The translations under genes were made by a program, and so were the position numbers. DNA of 64,000 nt from Octopus vulgaris (taxonomy: Eukaryota), in the NCBI GenBank assembly GCA_951406725.2, contig OX597819.1, positions 93,000,001 to 93,064,000 on the forward strand, written 5' to 3'. The notes below the pieces were generated by a model. That model ran no database searches, had not been told where the DNA came from, and worked only from the letters and a program-made list of their open reading frames with translations. Positions 40,270-53,469 of this stretch are shown here, piece after piece (the stretch's first letter is position 1; each line of letters begins with the position of its first letter).

Positions 40270-40688
40270 TACGTATATATGTTTTATTCTGTTTTATTTC
40301 AAAATTCCTCACGATTAGAAAGAGCCGGTTTCTAGCCTAGATCCAAGACTGCTTCACTGAAATTTCAGCAAGGTTTTTGTGCATCTTTCTATGTATTTGC
40401 GTAATATTTGTGGTCAGTGCATGTGCGGCTTTGTATGTTTTGCTTTGTGTATGTATTCTCATGTGTTCGCATGACTAGATATGCACCGATATTCTTCTGG
40501 AAAATTATACAAATGTGTCAATTTCACTGATGGTTTGAAATTGTAATCTTCTAATCAGCTTCCTCCTTTCTGGTTTTGAGAAACCTAATATCCCAAGATT
40601 GGTGCTTAGGAACTTTCGTACGTATCCCAGTGGCCCCAGAATTACAGATATAAACCTGAACTTGTGTGGACCGGGTAGAGTAGCTGTA
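40270..40688 (-). mobile_element. 3' end of a restriction-like-endonuclease (R4/Dong/NeSL-like) non-LTR retrotransposon
   Basis: KFRFISVILGPLGYV...TNLGILGFSKPERRKLIRRLQ (PIVIGALG-like RLE C-terminus) plus 3' UTR. Bordered by (CATA)n. Confidence 0.65.
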
Positions 40689-40779
40689 TGTATGTATATA
40701 CGTGTGTATGTATGTATGTATGTATGTATGTATGTATGTATGTATGTATGTATGTATGTATGTATGTATGTATGTATGT

Positions 40780-40985
40780 GTGCAGATTTGTATGTTTTGT
40801 TTTATGTATGTCTTCTCGTGCATATAGTTGCATATCTAAACATGCTTATATATACTTAAATGACAAACTTCTGGACATTTTTACAGATTTTTACAGTTCC
40901 AGTGATGGCTTGGATCTGTAGTATTCGGATCAGCTTTCTCCTTTCTGGTTTTGAGAAGCCTAATTTCTCAAGATTGGTATTTTGG
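40780..40985 (-). mobile_element. Second copy of the same RLE-type retrotransposon 3' end
   Basis: NTNLEKLGFSKPERRKLIRILQIQAITGTVKICKNVQKFVI*, running into (CATA)n. Confidence 0.65.
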
Positions 40986-42691
40986 TAGTGTATTACATAT
41001 CCCAAATATATGTATGTATTTATGTATGTGTGTGTCTGTGTGTGTGTGTCTGTGTCTGTGTGTCTGTGTCTGTGTGTGTGTATCTGTGTCTATGCATGTA
41101 TCTGTATGGCAATGTATCCTTCTGCTGAAATCTGTGAAGTATCTAATACTTAATGTACTATTTGCCATTTCAAGATTCACCTTCATTTCTACAAAAAAGG
41201 AATTAACATAATTATATCAGATAAAGAGACTCTTTCGACATTTTAACACATGCCTTGGTCTTAGTTCAGATCTCAACTTAACAATCAACACCTGGACTGT
41301 ATTGCTTCTTTATTGCAGTAAAACAAAATTCAAAGATCAAATAATATGCAATATTTAAACCAGTAATAAAATATACTGACAAATCTGACAGGAGTACCAC
41401 ATAAAATGCAGGCTACAATCAATTAAAATACTTTTAAGTAACAATTATCTTCTTGGTAAATATTTGTAAATCTAAAATAAGATACAAAAAGAAAAACTCA
41501 TTATTTTCCAGTGATTGCGCAAAATTTTAGCTATATTCTGTGACTTAATGAGATTCTTCTGCTAGATTATGGTTGGTTAGGTGAATATTTCAAAGAGAGT
41601 ATATAATTAAAAGGAAAATGTTTTAATCTCTTTGCCACTTAAAGGTAAATGAAAACGCTCTTTCCTGTATCCTCGGTGTTTTTAGCTTATACAATGGAGG
41701 TAATGTTTGTATAAGCTCTCCTTCACTTCTACTTGTGTTATAGTTCCTGACGTATTGACTTCATACTGGAAGATAAGTCATTAAAAAGAATAGTAACAAA
41801 ATGATTGAGTTTCAAGTGAATAGGTTCTTGTATGCTGTTTAATAAAGAACAAAGATACAAAATGGCGGTGATAACATGCACAAATACCTTGACTGAGTGC
41901 TGGAATTGTGCCAGTGAAATATGTAGTTACTTTAGCAGGTGCAAAATGAAGGCAGTTTTTAATTGATTTCAAAATAGTGATTAAGCTACTAACTTAATTT
42001 TATATACTTTCATGAATGTTTATATACCAAGCAAATATATTGTATATTTAGTATTTTTTAAATGCATTTGATTTTAAAATTATTAAGCGAAACAACAGCT
42101 TTAGGTAAAGCGAAAATAGAATAAAGCCCCAAAGCATCTATTACTTATCAATGTAGTTTTATCACGCTAAAGATATACATTATCCGTGGGAAAAAAAAAC
42201 TTTTAATGGAAAATTTATTAGCTCATTTTGCTTGACATGCAATTTCCTGCAAATGCAAAATACAGCAAGGTAGTAATTATGCAACTGTAATAACAAACTT
42301 GATAGTGAAAGCTACAGAGTATTCAAATGTATTTTTAACTCTCTATATGATATTTGAAATGTAATATTGCAAAAAATGAGTTGATACTATTAAGGATAGA
42401 TCAATTATTTCAATAAAAACTAATCTATGAATTGCGCTGAAAATTTGTTGATTTTTTGGACAATATACTTCTTAATCTTTAAGCATATATTTGATTTAAT
42501 GAGTATCAAAAGTTTCAAGTGAGGACAAAATTATTTCTATAGGCATTCTTTTTGTTATTTTCTTAAGCATGGTGTTATTGGCTAAATCTGTGTTAGGGAC
42601 AAGGAATGTAATTTTTATGCTGTGTATGCATATACATATACATACACAACACACACACACACAGTGGTGTTTATATGTAGGTAAGCATGTG

Positions 42692-42935
42692 GGAGGTCGC
42701 ACGATAGTGATTTTGATTCCCGGAGCGGATAATGTATTGTGTTCTTAAGCAAATCACTTCACTTCACGTTGCCCTACTACCATTTCTAAATCTAACGCGC
42801 TGAATATCGCATTGTGCACCTGTACAGGTAACATCGATCTGATGGGAGGGTTAAGTTCAGGCAGAGTAAGACATTTGATTGCTTTAAGCAAATGTTCAGT
42901 GGAGGTTATTCGACAAGAAACTTCGCTACCATCAT
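42692..42935 (+). mobile_element. Diverged SINE with group D head and a different 3' body
   Basis: TTGTGTTCTTAAGCAAATCACTTCACTTCACGTTGC matches the group D core. Confidence 0.55.
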
Positions 42936-43289
42936 GTGTCATATATAGCAGGAGAGTCAGAAAGATACATTCATGTCAGTGTGTGTGTGTGTGTGTGCGT
43001 GTGTGTGTGCGTGTGCGTGTGTGTGCATATATGTATATGCATATATGCCCATCCAACTCGAAAACTACATTCCATATAGCAGATTAATCTACTTGCATTT
43101 CGATCATTTATGTGAAAGGACTCCCTGTATATATGTTTGTTCGTATTTAAAACATTTTATGTTCAATAAAATAAGTCAAACTTCGTCATTTCGACCGCAA
43201 TAATTATTTGTTGATAATAGAAATATTGAACTAATTCTGTATATCATTTCCATTATAATTTAGCACTCTACTCTCTTAATCTCTCACCA

Positions 43290-43442
<153 letters not shown>

Positions 43443-43569
43443 CTGTCTGTCAGTCTATTTATCATTATATCTTTGTGTGTGTTGCGTGTGTGTGTGTGTG
43501 TTTACGTGCGCATTTGTCTGTATGTCTGTGTCTACCTACTAGCGTATGTATACGCATATGTGGTCAGTT

Positions 43570-44160
43570 CCCATTGAAGTCAAGAGGCATCGTCGTGACA
43601 AATCATATACAAGTTTTTTCTATCTACTCTGGTTGTGTACCAGAACTTACGTTTCAACTCAAGATTTGCTCTTTCATTCTTTGATATCGTTCGTCCATAT
43701 TTTTCTCTGTCCGCTCTCCTACTTCCCCCATACATTCTTCGATGAAGAATGGCCTTTGCTAGGTCATTGATCTAGTTACATGGCCATACTATCTCAGCTT
43801 CCTGTTTTCCCTGTTGTGAGATCTTCATGAACGGCAATATGAAACACGATGATTTGCGAACCCATCCACTCCTGACTGGTCCCTAATGTGAAATACCAAA
43901 AATGTTGTGGTAACTTCTCACTCCAGTGCTTGTATCTTCCTCGATCTTCCATGTCTTGTATGTTTGCAGAAAGATGGAAAGAAACAGTGCTTGCAGAAAT
44001 TTAATTTTGCTATCTGTTGGGATATTCTTAGCTCTCCATATTTTTTGTTGAATCTCACTATCTCCAGGGATTTGCCTTGGCAAAGCACATTCTCATCAAA
44101 AGTAGAAACTCATCTCAGTTACTGGTTCTTTTCATGAGGGGAAGATGATTTTTCATCCTC
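43570..44160 (-). mobile_element. Degenerate RTE-clade LINE fragment
   Basis: KIWRAKNIPTDSKIKFLQALFLSIFL..YKTW; YGHVTR; W..DIKE motifs. Confidence 0.75.
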
Positions 44161-44379
44161 CAACTGACAGTTATTGACTTAGTGCAACCCGCAATCGAGT
44201 GTTGCTCTTCAGCTGGAACATTGTTGCTGGAGCACATACAAGTATCATGCTCCTCACCCAGAAAAAGGACACTGACGGATTGACCTAAAGTCATCAACAG
44301 GCGCACTGCTTCCTGTCACTGCCTTTTTTGATCACCAATATAATGGTTTCTGTTTGTTAAGGGCTGGATTCATGCTGCC

Positions 44380-44615
44380 ACAACTTATTCACTCGTCTCT
44401 CCAATCATCTCCCTTGCGGCGCCCAATCCTACCACGCACCACATTAACAACGACACTACCTTTTCCTGAATGTCGTTCTCCCGGTATTCCCTTGCTTACT
44501 CATATCTTTCCCTCAGCGGTTGATTTACATAGTTTCAAAAGGATCATTAACAACATAAATCTCATTAACCGAGGAGAACCCGCGATGACTGTAGGCAGTG
44601 ATCCTATTTTCAAAC
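44380..44615 (+). mobile_element. Short LINE 3' end (Jockey/CR1-group-like C-terminus)
   Basis: HIFPSAVDLHSFKRIINNINL resembles LP..VFP...L..FK..IN ORF2 termini. Confidence 0.45.
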
Positions 44616-44624
44616 CCAGTAGAT

Positions 44625-44963
44625 AAAAGACTATTCTGCAGAGGCCTGAATAAGTGGAAATCCGAAGGAGCAACATCTGGGGAATATGGAGGGTGGGGTA
44701 ACACATCACATCCGAGCTGCAGCAATTTTTGTCTGGTTCCCAAAGCATCAAGTGCCAAAAATGAATTTTCTTATCTTCCAGTTTAAAGGGTTACAGAATT
44801 AACACAGGTCATAGGAACATAAACCTTCTTCCACGAAAAGATAGCTTAAACTGTGCTCTAAATGGAGGTGTAGTCAAATCCTATTTTATGTACTCAACAA
44901 TGTTCTAAAATAAGTCGAAATGTAAGCTACTATAAATCGGCACGAACTTTCCGGACAACCCAA
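44625..44963 (-). mobile_element. Internally deleted mariner element
   Basis: TRQKLLQLGCDVLPHPPYSPDVAPSDFHLFR. Terminal TATTGGGTTGTCCGGAAAGTTCGTGCCG on the minus strand at about 44935-44965. Confidence 0.85.
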
Positions 44964-46012
44964 TATATATTTATGTTTCAGTGATAGAAATTTGACAATT
45001 ATATCATTATACGGTGTGTAGTGTCACTGCCACGGTACGCTTCCACATCTTGCTACAACTGTTCTATTGCATTGTCTAATCATGTTCCATATGGGGTAGA
45101 AACCTAAAACCAGAAGAAATAGCTGTGACAGGAGAGAAGTCCGATAGAAAACGTTATGCGAATATGTTGGCAAGATCTCCACAGAAGTGAGGGTTAATAT
45201 CATGGAGAATTGCCACAGAATATAAGCTTCTGCTTTGCTCCCCAAGGAACACAAAAGGAATGAGGCAGAAATAAAACATCAAGGGAACGTACCCCATACT
45301 GGTGTAAAAGACAATAAACAGTGAGTGGTACGAGTACCTGCAAAGGCACCAGAATTCACTATTGCATAATACAGTTCAAAGAGAATAGAATCTTCTGTAA
45401 GTGAACTAGATATTCCATAAGAAAATAAACTTTTTTTTTCTACTTTTGCTTTTTACGATATTTTCATTATCAATGACCCTACATGATACTGGAGTTAACT
45501 ATGAAGTTGTACAGAATAGCTCCGTTACGTATTGTTTATGGAAAGATTTTACTACAAAAGTGAAAAAAAGAAGAAAGAAAAAATATTTGATATTCAAATT
45601 GTCTGTGAACGTTATAAAGATAGATGTTTAGAAATTGGCATCTAATTCTTAACAATGAAACTAAATGGATAAGAATGTAAATATTTATTTGAATAAAATC
45701 AAACTCAAATGGCTGGGTGCGTATAAGTACTTTGGAATTCTAGATTTAGAGCGACTGTATATAATACATGTATAATTATTATACATATAACACTATGTGA
45801 AACACGGACCCACACTCACACACACACACACACGCACAATATGTAATACACATAGGTAATAGATATGGTTAAAAAATATGGCTATATTTGCATACTGTAT
45901 CTCTACGCGCATTGAATACTATTATATATATATTTGCAAACATATATATATATATATATATATATAGGTATGCATGTAGATATATATATGTATGTATATA
46001 TGTATGTATATA

Positions 46013-46079
<67 letters not shown>

Positions 46080-46334
46080 CAGTATTCTATGCGTGCTGTG
46101 ATATTGTATGGAAATACAACCATATTTTTTTAACCAACTGTATTACCTATGTGTATTACATATTGTGCGTGTGTGTGTGTATCTTTTAATTGTTTCAGGT
46201 ATTAGACTGCCTCTATGCTGAAGCTCTGCCTTGATAGCTTTTAGTCGAACAGATTGAGCCCAGTACTTATATCTCTGATATTTATTCGTAATATTTATTC
46301 TATCGGATCTTTTGTTGAAGTGCTGCGTTACAGA

Positions 46335-46391
<57 letters not shown>

Positions 46392-46505
46392 CCTGCACGC
46401 TTAGATAGCGGGGTGGCGTCATTTGAAGGCTAAAACAATGCAAAGCGCATTGTGACCAGCGATGTGTATCAACATTTGATAGCCTGGTCGGTCACGGTGA
46501 TCACG

Positions 46506-46556
<51 letters not shown>

Positions 46557-47069
46557 CAGCAAAAATTTAGATTCAAATGAATATGGTACTTAATTTAAAT
46601 GCACCAGAATTCTGTATGGTGTTATCCATATAAATCCGTGAGGTGATTATAATCAAAATAAGCAACAAGAATGACTCCGAATGACCACTAAGTTAGGGGG
46701 TAAAAAGTTCATAGTATTCGTGTAAGCGCGCGTGTGCATACCTACACATATGTGCCCGCACACCCACGCGCGTGCGCCTAAAGGTATACATTCATGCACA
46801 CTCACTTGAAAACGTACACATCCTCACTCGCATCCTTCGCCAAATGTATATGCATATACATACACACATGCGCGCGCGCACCATAAAGGTTCATACACGC
46901 GTCTATATACGCACATGCACAAGAAAAAACAGGGTTAAGGGTAACAATACAGAAAAAGGCATAAGAGAGTATACAAAGCGTAAACCACATCTATATACGC
47001 ACACACCTTTATGCATGCACACACACGCCTCTATACGCACATACCCGCACACGTCTATATACGCACATA

Positions 47070-47292
47070 CACTATTGAAGAGCTTCCTGTAAGTGTGGTT
47101 AACTGGAAAATGTCTATTTATTAGTTCTAAGGATACTTGCCTATATTGAAGGTCACCTCGGGTGAGTAGGGTGTGTGAACCAGATGGTTTTTCCTATTCC
47201 TTTGTCTCCTCTTCTTTATTGTTGGGTTGGTGGCAGGTGTATAGGTTATTTCCTCGCTAAAACCACTATCTTTTAGAGCCTTATTATATAAA
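47070..47292 (-). mobile_element. PLE ORF fragment (RT to GIY-YIG linker)
   Basis: YNKALKDSGF...RNRK...PYSPEVTFNIGK..LELINRHFPVNHTYRKLFN. Confidence 0.8.
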
Positions 47293-47373
47293 TTTGTTTG
47301 AAATTTTAAGGTGTTTCCATTATTTTGTCCAGCATCCGTATATATATGTGTGTGTGTGTGTGTGCGTGCGTGC

Positions 47374-47417
<44 letters not shown>

Positions 47418-47450
47418 GGAGTTTAACGCAGGTATCAATCAAATACTTTT

Positions 47451-47537
47451 ACTTCCGACACATGTTTCGAAGATTTCATTGATATTATTCAAAAGAATAA
47501 ATGGTATAAAACAATGCAATCTTCTCTTCAGGGAAGT
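47451..47537 (-). ncRNA. Type-I hammerhead ribozyme, canonical core, apparently intact
   Basis: ACUUCC | CUGAAGA | GAAGAUUGCAUUG...CAAUGAAAUCUUC (12 of 13 bp) | GAAA | CAUGUG | UC^ | GGAAGU. Perfect 6-bp stem I, GUC cleavage triplet. Confidence 0.85.
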
Positions 47538-47964
47538 TAAAAAATGAAACTCGTCAATACGACATTTTAACAGGAAATGATGGATATATATAGTGATTTA
47601 CTGAACGCTATTAATATTGTTTGAAAAAACGTTATGTGATATAGCGTCAGAAGTAGCCTATAGAAAGAGGAGGAATATTTTTAGCGATTGTCAAATATAA
47701 AAGAAAATTAATATTAAAATTATATATAATGATAGAGATTGCTTATATGAACTAAAGGTGTGTTTTTGCCAATGTTTACATCCGTATGCACACTCTATAA
47801 CCGTGTTTACTAGGGGATTTTTAGAAAAAAATAATGAAAAATAATGAAAAATTACAGAGAAGACAGAATTCCTTACCTTTGTCATAAGGTATCGAGATTG
47901 AGAGATTCAACTAAATTTAATTGTTCATTGTGGTCTTTTAGATCCCAAATTAATTTACTGAGCC

Positions 47965-48035
<71 letters not shown>

Positions 48036-48147
48036 TGTGTGTCTGTGTGTGCGTGTGTGTATGTGTGTGTGTGTACGTATTACGGAGAATTACTTGCATG
48101 GCGAGTAACCTGATCTGTGATCCTGTGCTGGAACGAAGCAATTGGAG

Positions 48148-48400
48148 CGTGAAAGGTGTTTATAAGCCATTTAAGAAACACACAAAAGCCAGTAGATTCA
48201 CTTCAATATTTAAATTTGATTTGCCAAAATATTTTCGTCGCTTTGAGACTGCAACCTGTTCACTGACAAAATTCAAAAAAGATGCAGCACGGAATGTTGT
48301 CAGTGAACAGGTCGTAGTCTCACGGCGAAGATATTTTGGAAAATTAAATTTAAACACGTTTTGCCTGTTTCCTAAGTGGTTTATAAACACCTTCCATGCT
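48148..48400. repeat. Imperfect palindrome (about 110-125-bp arms), inverted PLE terminal repeat
   Basis: AAGGTGTTTATAA...TTTAAATTT.ATTT.CCAAAATAT...CCTGTTCACTGACAA is mirrored at about 48292-48400. Confidence 0.85.
48221..48269 (-). ncRNA. Minimal hammerhead motif with swapped G3-C8 core pair
   Basis: UUGUCA | GUGAACA | G | GUUGC...GCGAC | GAAA | AUAU | UU^ | UGGCAA. A decayed mirror copy lies at 48297-48342 on the plus strand. Confidence 0.65.
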
Positions 48401-48429
48401 ACAATTGTTATATATATATATATATATAA

Positions 48430-49600
48430 TGAAAATTTACAAAAAAACAAAAACAAAAAGACGAAGACGGCTGTTTATTAGTTTAAGATGTATTAGTTTA
48501 ACGTTCGGGAACTGAGAAAGTCTTTTACGTTTCGAGTCTACGCTCTTCGATAGAAAGGAACACAGAAATTAACAGGGAGAGAAAATAGAAAATGTTTTAT
48601 GGCTAGCCATTTATCATGGCAAATGCCGGAGAGAGAGTTCACACAGGAGAGTTTGGAAGAAGGGATAATAAAGTAGCGGTCATGCCAAAACGAAGGTGCA
48701 CGTGCGTAGTATGTGAGAGCGTGTATATGTGTGTGGAAGAGGGCTGGTGACCTTGACGTGTGCGTGTATGCATATGAAGGTGTGTAGATGATGGTGTAGA
48801 TGCTGGGAAGTGGTCAGTGCTAGTGTGTGCTCTGGTGTGGGTGCTGGGAATTGGTCAGTACTAGTGTGTGCGGTGTTGGGGTATGGGGAAGCGAGAGTGG
48901 GAGAAACAATAATATGGTCTTAGGGATGTGGTGGGGTGGGGTGGGGTGTATAAGAATGGAGGGGTTGGAATGTGAAGGGTGGTGTTACGAGGAAGGGGAT
49001 AGCGATGAAGGGAGAGCCTAGAAGGGAGACGGCGGGTAGGACCGAAGAGAAGAAGTAGGTATGAGAAGAGAGGAAAGAGGAGGAGGGTTACATGAAGAGG
49101 GGAGGAGATTTGAGCCCAAGTGGCGCAAAGGAGCGAAGAGAGAAGATAAATCCTTGCTCACGGTGAAGACGTAATTCCGGTTGGCCCCTATGCAAGGACA
49201 ATCCGAACACAGACAGGTGTTTTGAAGAGTGATCGGTAGAGCGGAAATGGCGTTGCTGAGTCGTATGTCTCTGGCAAGGGCGGTGTGGATAGTAGTGAGA
49301 GCATATCCATGTAGGATGAAGTGGCGAGCCATGAGTTGAGACTGAGTCACAAAGTCATGGTTGTCACTGGTGAGCCTGCGTAGACGGAGGAATTGAGGAT
49401 AGGGGATGGAAAGCTTAGTGTTTTTAGGGTGAGAGGAGAAGAAATTGAGGTATGAGTGTGAGTTTGTGCGCTTGTAGTGGATGGAGTTGATGAGAGTGGA
49501 GTGATGAATATAATGACCAATATAATGACCGTATATTTCAGGAGTGGGACCAGTGAAACTTGAGAATATTTGGCCCTCAACGTAGCCAACGAAAAGATTC
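48430..49600 (-). mobile_element. Penelope-like retroelement 3' part (RT C-terminus, decayed endonuclease, terminal repeat with hammerhead-like motif at 48522-48557)
   Basis: SIHYKRTNSHSYLNFFSSHPKNTKLSIPYPQFLRLRRLTSD..F.......F..HGY is the PLE RT C-terminal signature. Internally deleted. Confidence 0.9.
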
Positions 49601-49624
49601 ACATACATATATACATATATATAT

Positions 49625-49774
49625 ATCGACACCGGGACTTACTCTTTGTAAGCCGAGTACTTAATCTATCGGTCTCTTTTGCCGAACTGCTAATTGACGG
49701 GGACATAAACACACCAGCATCGGTTGTCAAGCAATGGTAGAAGGACAAACACAGACACACAAACACACACACAT

Positions 49775-49825
<51 letters not shown>

Positions 49826-49979
49826 CGACGGGCTTCTTTCAGTTTCTGTCTAACAAATCCACTCACAAGGCTTTGGTCGGCCCGAGGCTATAGTAGAAGA
49901 CACTTGCCCAAGATGCCACGCAGTGGGACTGAACCATGTTGTTGGTAAGCAAGTTACTTACCACACAGCCATTCCTGCG

Positions 49980-49981
<2 letters not shown>
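49625..49981 (-). mobile_element. SINE group A (tail truncated)
   Basis: Homology to other copies. Confidence 0.9.
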
Positions 49982-50019
<38 letters not shown>

Positions 50020-50397
50020 ATGTAAAAATATACACGTATACACGTAAATATATATAGTAATATGATGCATATCAAATATGTGTGCGCGTATATATATATA
50101 TGTGTGCGTGCATGTATGTATGTATGCATGTACATATACTGAATTGTGTAATGATATAATATGGTGTATTTTCATATTTTTACAGTGGTTCTCTAAGAGT
50201 AAACCCTCTTGATTCTTTTCAGGTTTGGAGAATCCGTCGCAATCAATAATGTTATATCGCCATCTGCGTTTTATATATTGGATAGAAGAAGCAAATAATC
50301 CCGTACACCTTGTGTAGGAAACCAATATCCTGGAAAAGATAAAGAGATAAATTCTGATATCAAAGGAGTTTGTGCGCTAAATATATATTTGCATATA

Positions 50398-50458
<61 letters not shown>

Positions 50459-50481
50459 ATGTATGTATGTATGTATATATG

Positions 50482-50512
<31 letters not shown>

Positions 50513-50914
50513 GTATATATAAATATATATACACACATACGCATATGCCTATATGTATATATATATATATATATATGCTTATATATGCGTGTGTATTTGT
50601 GTATCTGTGTGCGTTTATGTGGCTATGTGCGTATGCATCTATGTATGTATGGATGCAAAGACGGAGAGAAAGGGGAAGGGAAGAAGTGGAGGAGAATAAT
50701 AGATACCGATAATGTTCCTGCTCGGAATATTAGTTACCATCTCTTCCTCGTGGTAAACTTATTGTCTCCGATTTTTTAACATTATATATTCTGTGCTTAA
50801 AAGATTTGCCAAAGTACAACATCAGCACTTTCTTCGGATTTTACTCTATGATATATATATATGTGTATCAATGTGTATATGCACAAGTGTAAATATACGT
50901 GTATATGTATATAG

Positions 50915-51222
<308 letters not shown>

Positions 51223-51292
51223 CGCCTATCGGTTGAAAAGTACATAGGTTGACCAACATGCATATATGGAGTGTGAAATAAAATAAAATAAA

Positions 51293-51538
51293 TGCGCCCT
51301 TTTAAAGCCTAACCAGGCTCATGGGCCCGGTTTCCAGGTTTCTATGGCGTATGTGTTCCCCAGCTAGACGGGACGCCGGTCCATCGTTACACATTTTTGC
51401 CAGCTGAGTGTACTGGAGCAAGGTGAAATGAAATGAAGTGTTTTGCTCAAGAACAAAACGCGTCGCCCGGTCCAGGAATCAAAACCACAATCTTACGATC
51501 ATGATACTGACACCCTAATCACTAAGCCATGCGCCTCC
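51293..51538 (-). mobile_element. SINE group D with alternative 3' tail
   Basis: Head GGAGGCGCATGGCTTAGTG.TTAGGGTG; tail GATGGACCGGCGTCCCG...GAAACCGGGCCCATGAGCC. A related tail fragment lies at about 40110-40198. Confidence 0.85.
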
Positions 51539-51804
51539 ACGGAGTGTGAAATAGTAAGTCGTATTTTCCATCATAACCCCACTTGTGGTCCACACTCTAC
51601 TTTGTTCGGCATCGTATTGCTTGGATCCCATTGGCTTTGGGTCAACTTCAAGAGTCTCCCTTCCCTTCCTAAATTCAGACGCCCACTTTTGCATTGTGGA
51701 TAAAGCCTGTATTCAGAACTACATTATTGAAGGTACTCTTCCCCTTTTATAGTGAAAGACCACAAGGCTGTTTCATCTTCAGCTCGTATATTCTGTTCTA
51801 CTCC

Positions 51805-52388
51805 AGGTACAAGGCCCGAGATTTTTGAAGAGGTGGCCAGTCGATTAGATCGACCCCAGTGCGCAACTGGTACTTAATTCATCGGTCCCGAAAAGATGAA
51901 AGGCAAAGTCGACCTCGGCGGAATTTGAACTCAGAACGTAAAGACAGACGAAATACCTATTTCTTTACTACACACAGAGAGAACAAACAAGGACAGACAA
52001 ACGGATTAAGTCGATTATATCGACCCCAGTGCACAACTGGTACTTATCTAATCCACCCCGAAAGGATGAAAGGCAAAGTCAACTTCGGCGGAATTTGAAC
52101 TCAGAACGTAGCGGCAGACGAAATACCGCTAAGCATTGTGCCCGGCGTGCTAACGTTTCTTATCTCTTTATTGTCCACAAGTGGCTAAACATAGAGGAGA
52201 CAAACAAGGACAGACACAAAGGATTAAATCGATTACATCGAGCTAGTGCGTAACTGGTACTTAATTTATCGACCCCGAAACGATGAAAAGCAAAGTCAAC
52301 CTCGGCGGAATTTGAACTCAGAACGTAGCGGCAGACGAAAAGCCGCAAAGAATTTCGCCCAGCGTCCTAACATTTCTGCCAGCTCGTA
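51805..52388 (-). mobile_element. Head-to-tail trimer of SINE group B
   Basis: Three GATGAAA.GCAAAGTC.AC.TCGGCGGAATTTGAACTCAGAACGTA units spaced about 175 and 215 bp apart. Confidence 0.9.
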
Positions 52389-52783
52389 TATTGACATTCC
52401 ATCGTTTCTTGTGATACCACCTCGGAATAAAGAGGGATTATTAAATAGAGGTTTGATCTCCTCAAATACTGCGCCCCCTCGAATATTGCGTCACGAACAT
52501 TTATTTTATATACCAATTCATGTGAATAATTTGAAAGATTGTTCCTTAGGAGTCTCTCTCGCCTACTTTCTTTCTTTCTTTCGTTCTTTCTTTCTTTCTT
52601 TCTCAGTCTCTGTCTCTCTCTCTCTCTTCCTCTCTGTCTGTCTATTTCTGTTTCTCTTTATCTCTGTCTATCTGTCTCTCTCTTTCTTTCATATACAGCT
52701 CTATTGTCATTGACGCAATTCCTAAACAACTGATTCTTACACAGTTTTTTGCGTTTTAGTATTTAATATTATCTCACAAAAAA

Positions 52784-53250
52784 GCGGCGACCTGGCCGAA
52801 GCTTTAGCACGTCCGGCAAAATGAGTAACAGCATTTCTTCCGTCTTTAGGTTTTCAGTTCAAAACCTACCGATGTCGACTTTGCCGTTCTTCCTTACACA
52901 GTCGATAAAATAAGCACCAGTTATACACTGAGGTCGATGCGACCGACTTGCCTCCTCCTCCGGAATTTCTAGCATCGTGCAAAAATTTGAAACCAATGTT
53001 ATTTTACAACGAGTACAACAAGTACAACGAGGCAGCGAACGAGCAGAATCGTTAGCGCCCGAGAAAACTGTTTAAAGGCAGTACGTCCGTCTTTAGGTTT
53101 TGAGTTCGAATTACGCCGAGGTCAACTTTTCCTTTCACTCTTTCAGTGTCCTAAAATGACTTGCCTTTCATCATTTGGATGTTGACTTTAATTTCCATCC
53201 CTTTGGTGTCTTGCTCTGAGGTTGATGTAACTGCTGGCCCTGTGCAAAAC
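52784..53250 (+). mobile_element. Two diverged SINE group B copies (52784-52996 and 53030-53250)
   Basis: GGCG..CTGGC.GAA...TTAGC heads and GTC.ACTTT.CCTTTCA cores. Confidence 0.75.
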
Positions 53251-53469
53251 AATTTAAAATTAATTTTAATTTAATACTATCTTACAATATAGTCACTGAC
53301 ATGTACATGTATTCAAACTTTCGCATAGCAATAACTTGTTTTCAGGTTTTATCCCACTGCATAGCACCTCTCGTTTTCTACCTTAACCTCGATTTCAACT
53401 AAAAGCTTAAAAAAACTGTAAATGGAATTTAGTCGGTCGAAAGTGTTTTAAAACTCACAGGATTGGTAG

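Noticed and set aside
50170-50330. Minus-strand acceptor with open frame containing GFSKPEK
   Set aside because: Ambiguous between an old RLE-element remnant and an exon; no good donor site.
51805-52388. Regularly spaced repeats resembling a CRISPR array
   Set aside because: Units are whole SINE copies in eukaryotic DNA, with no unique spacers or cas genes.
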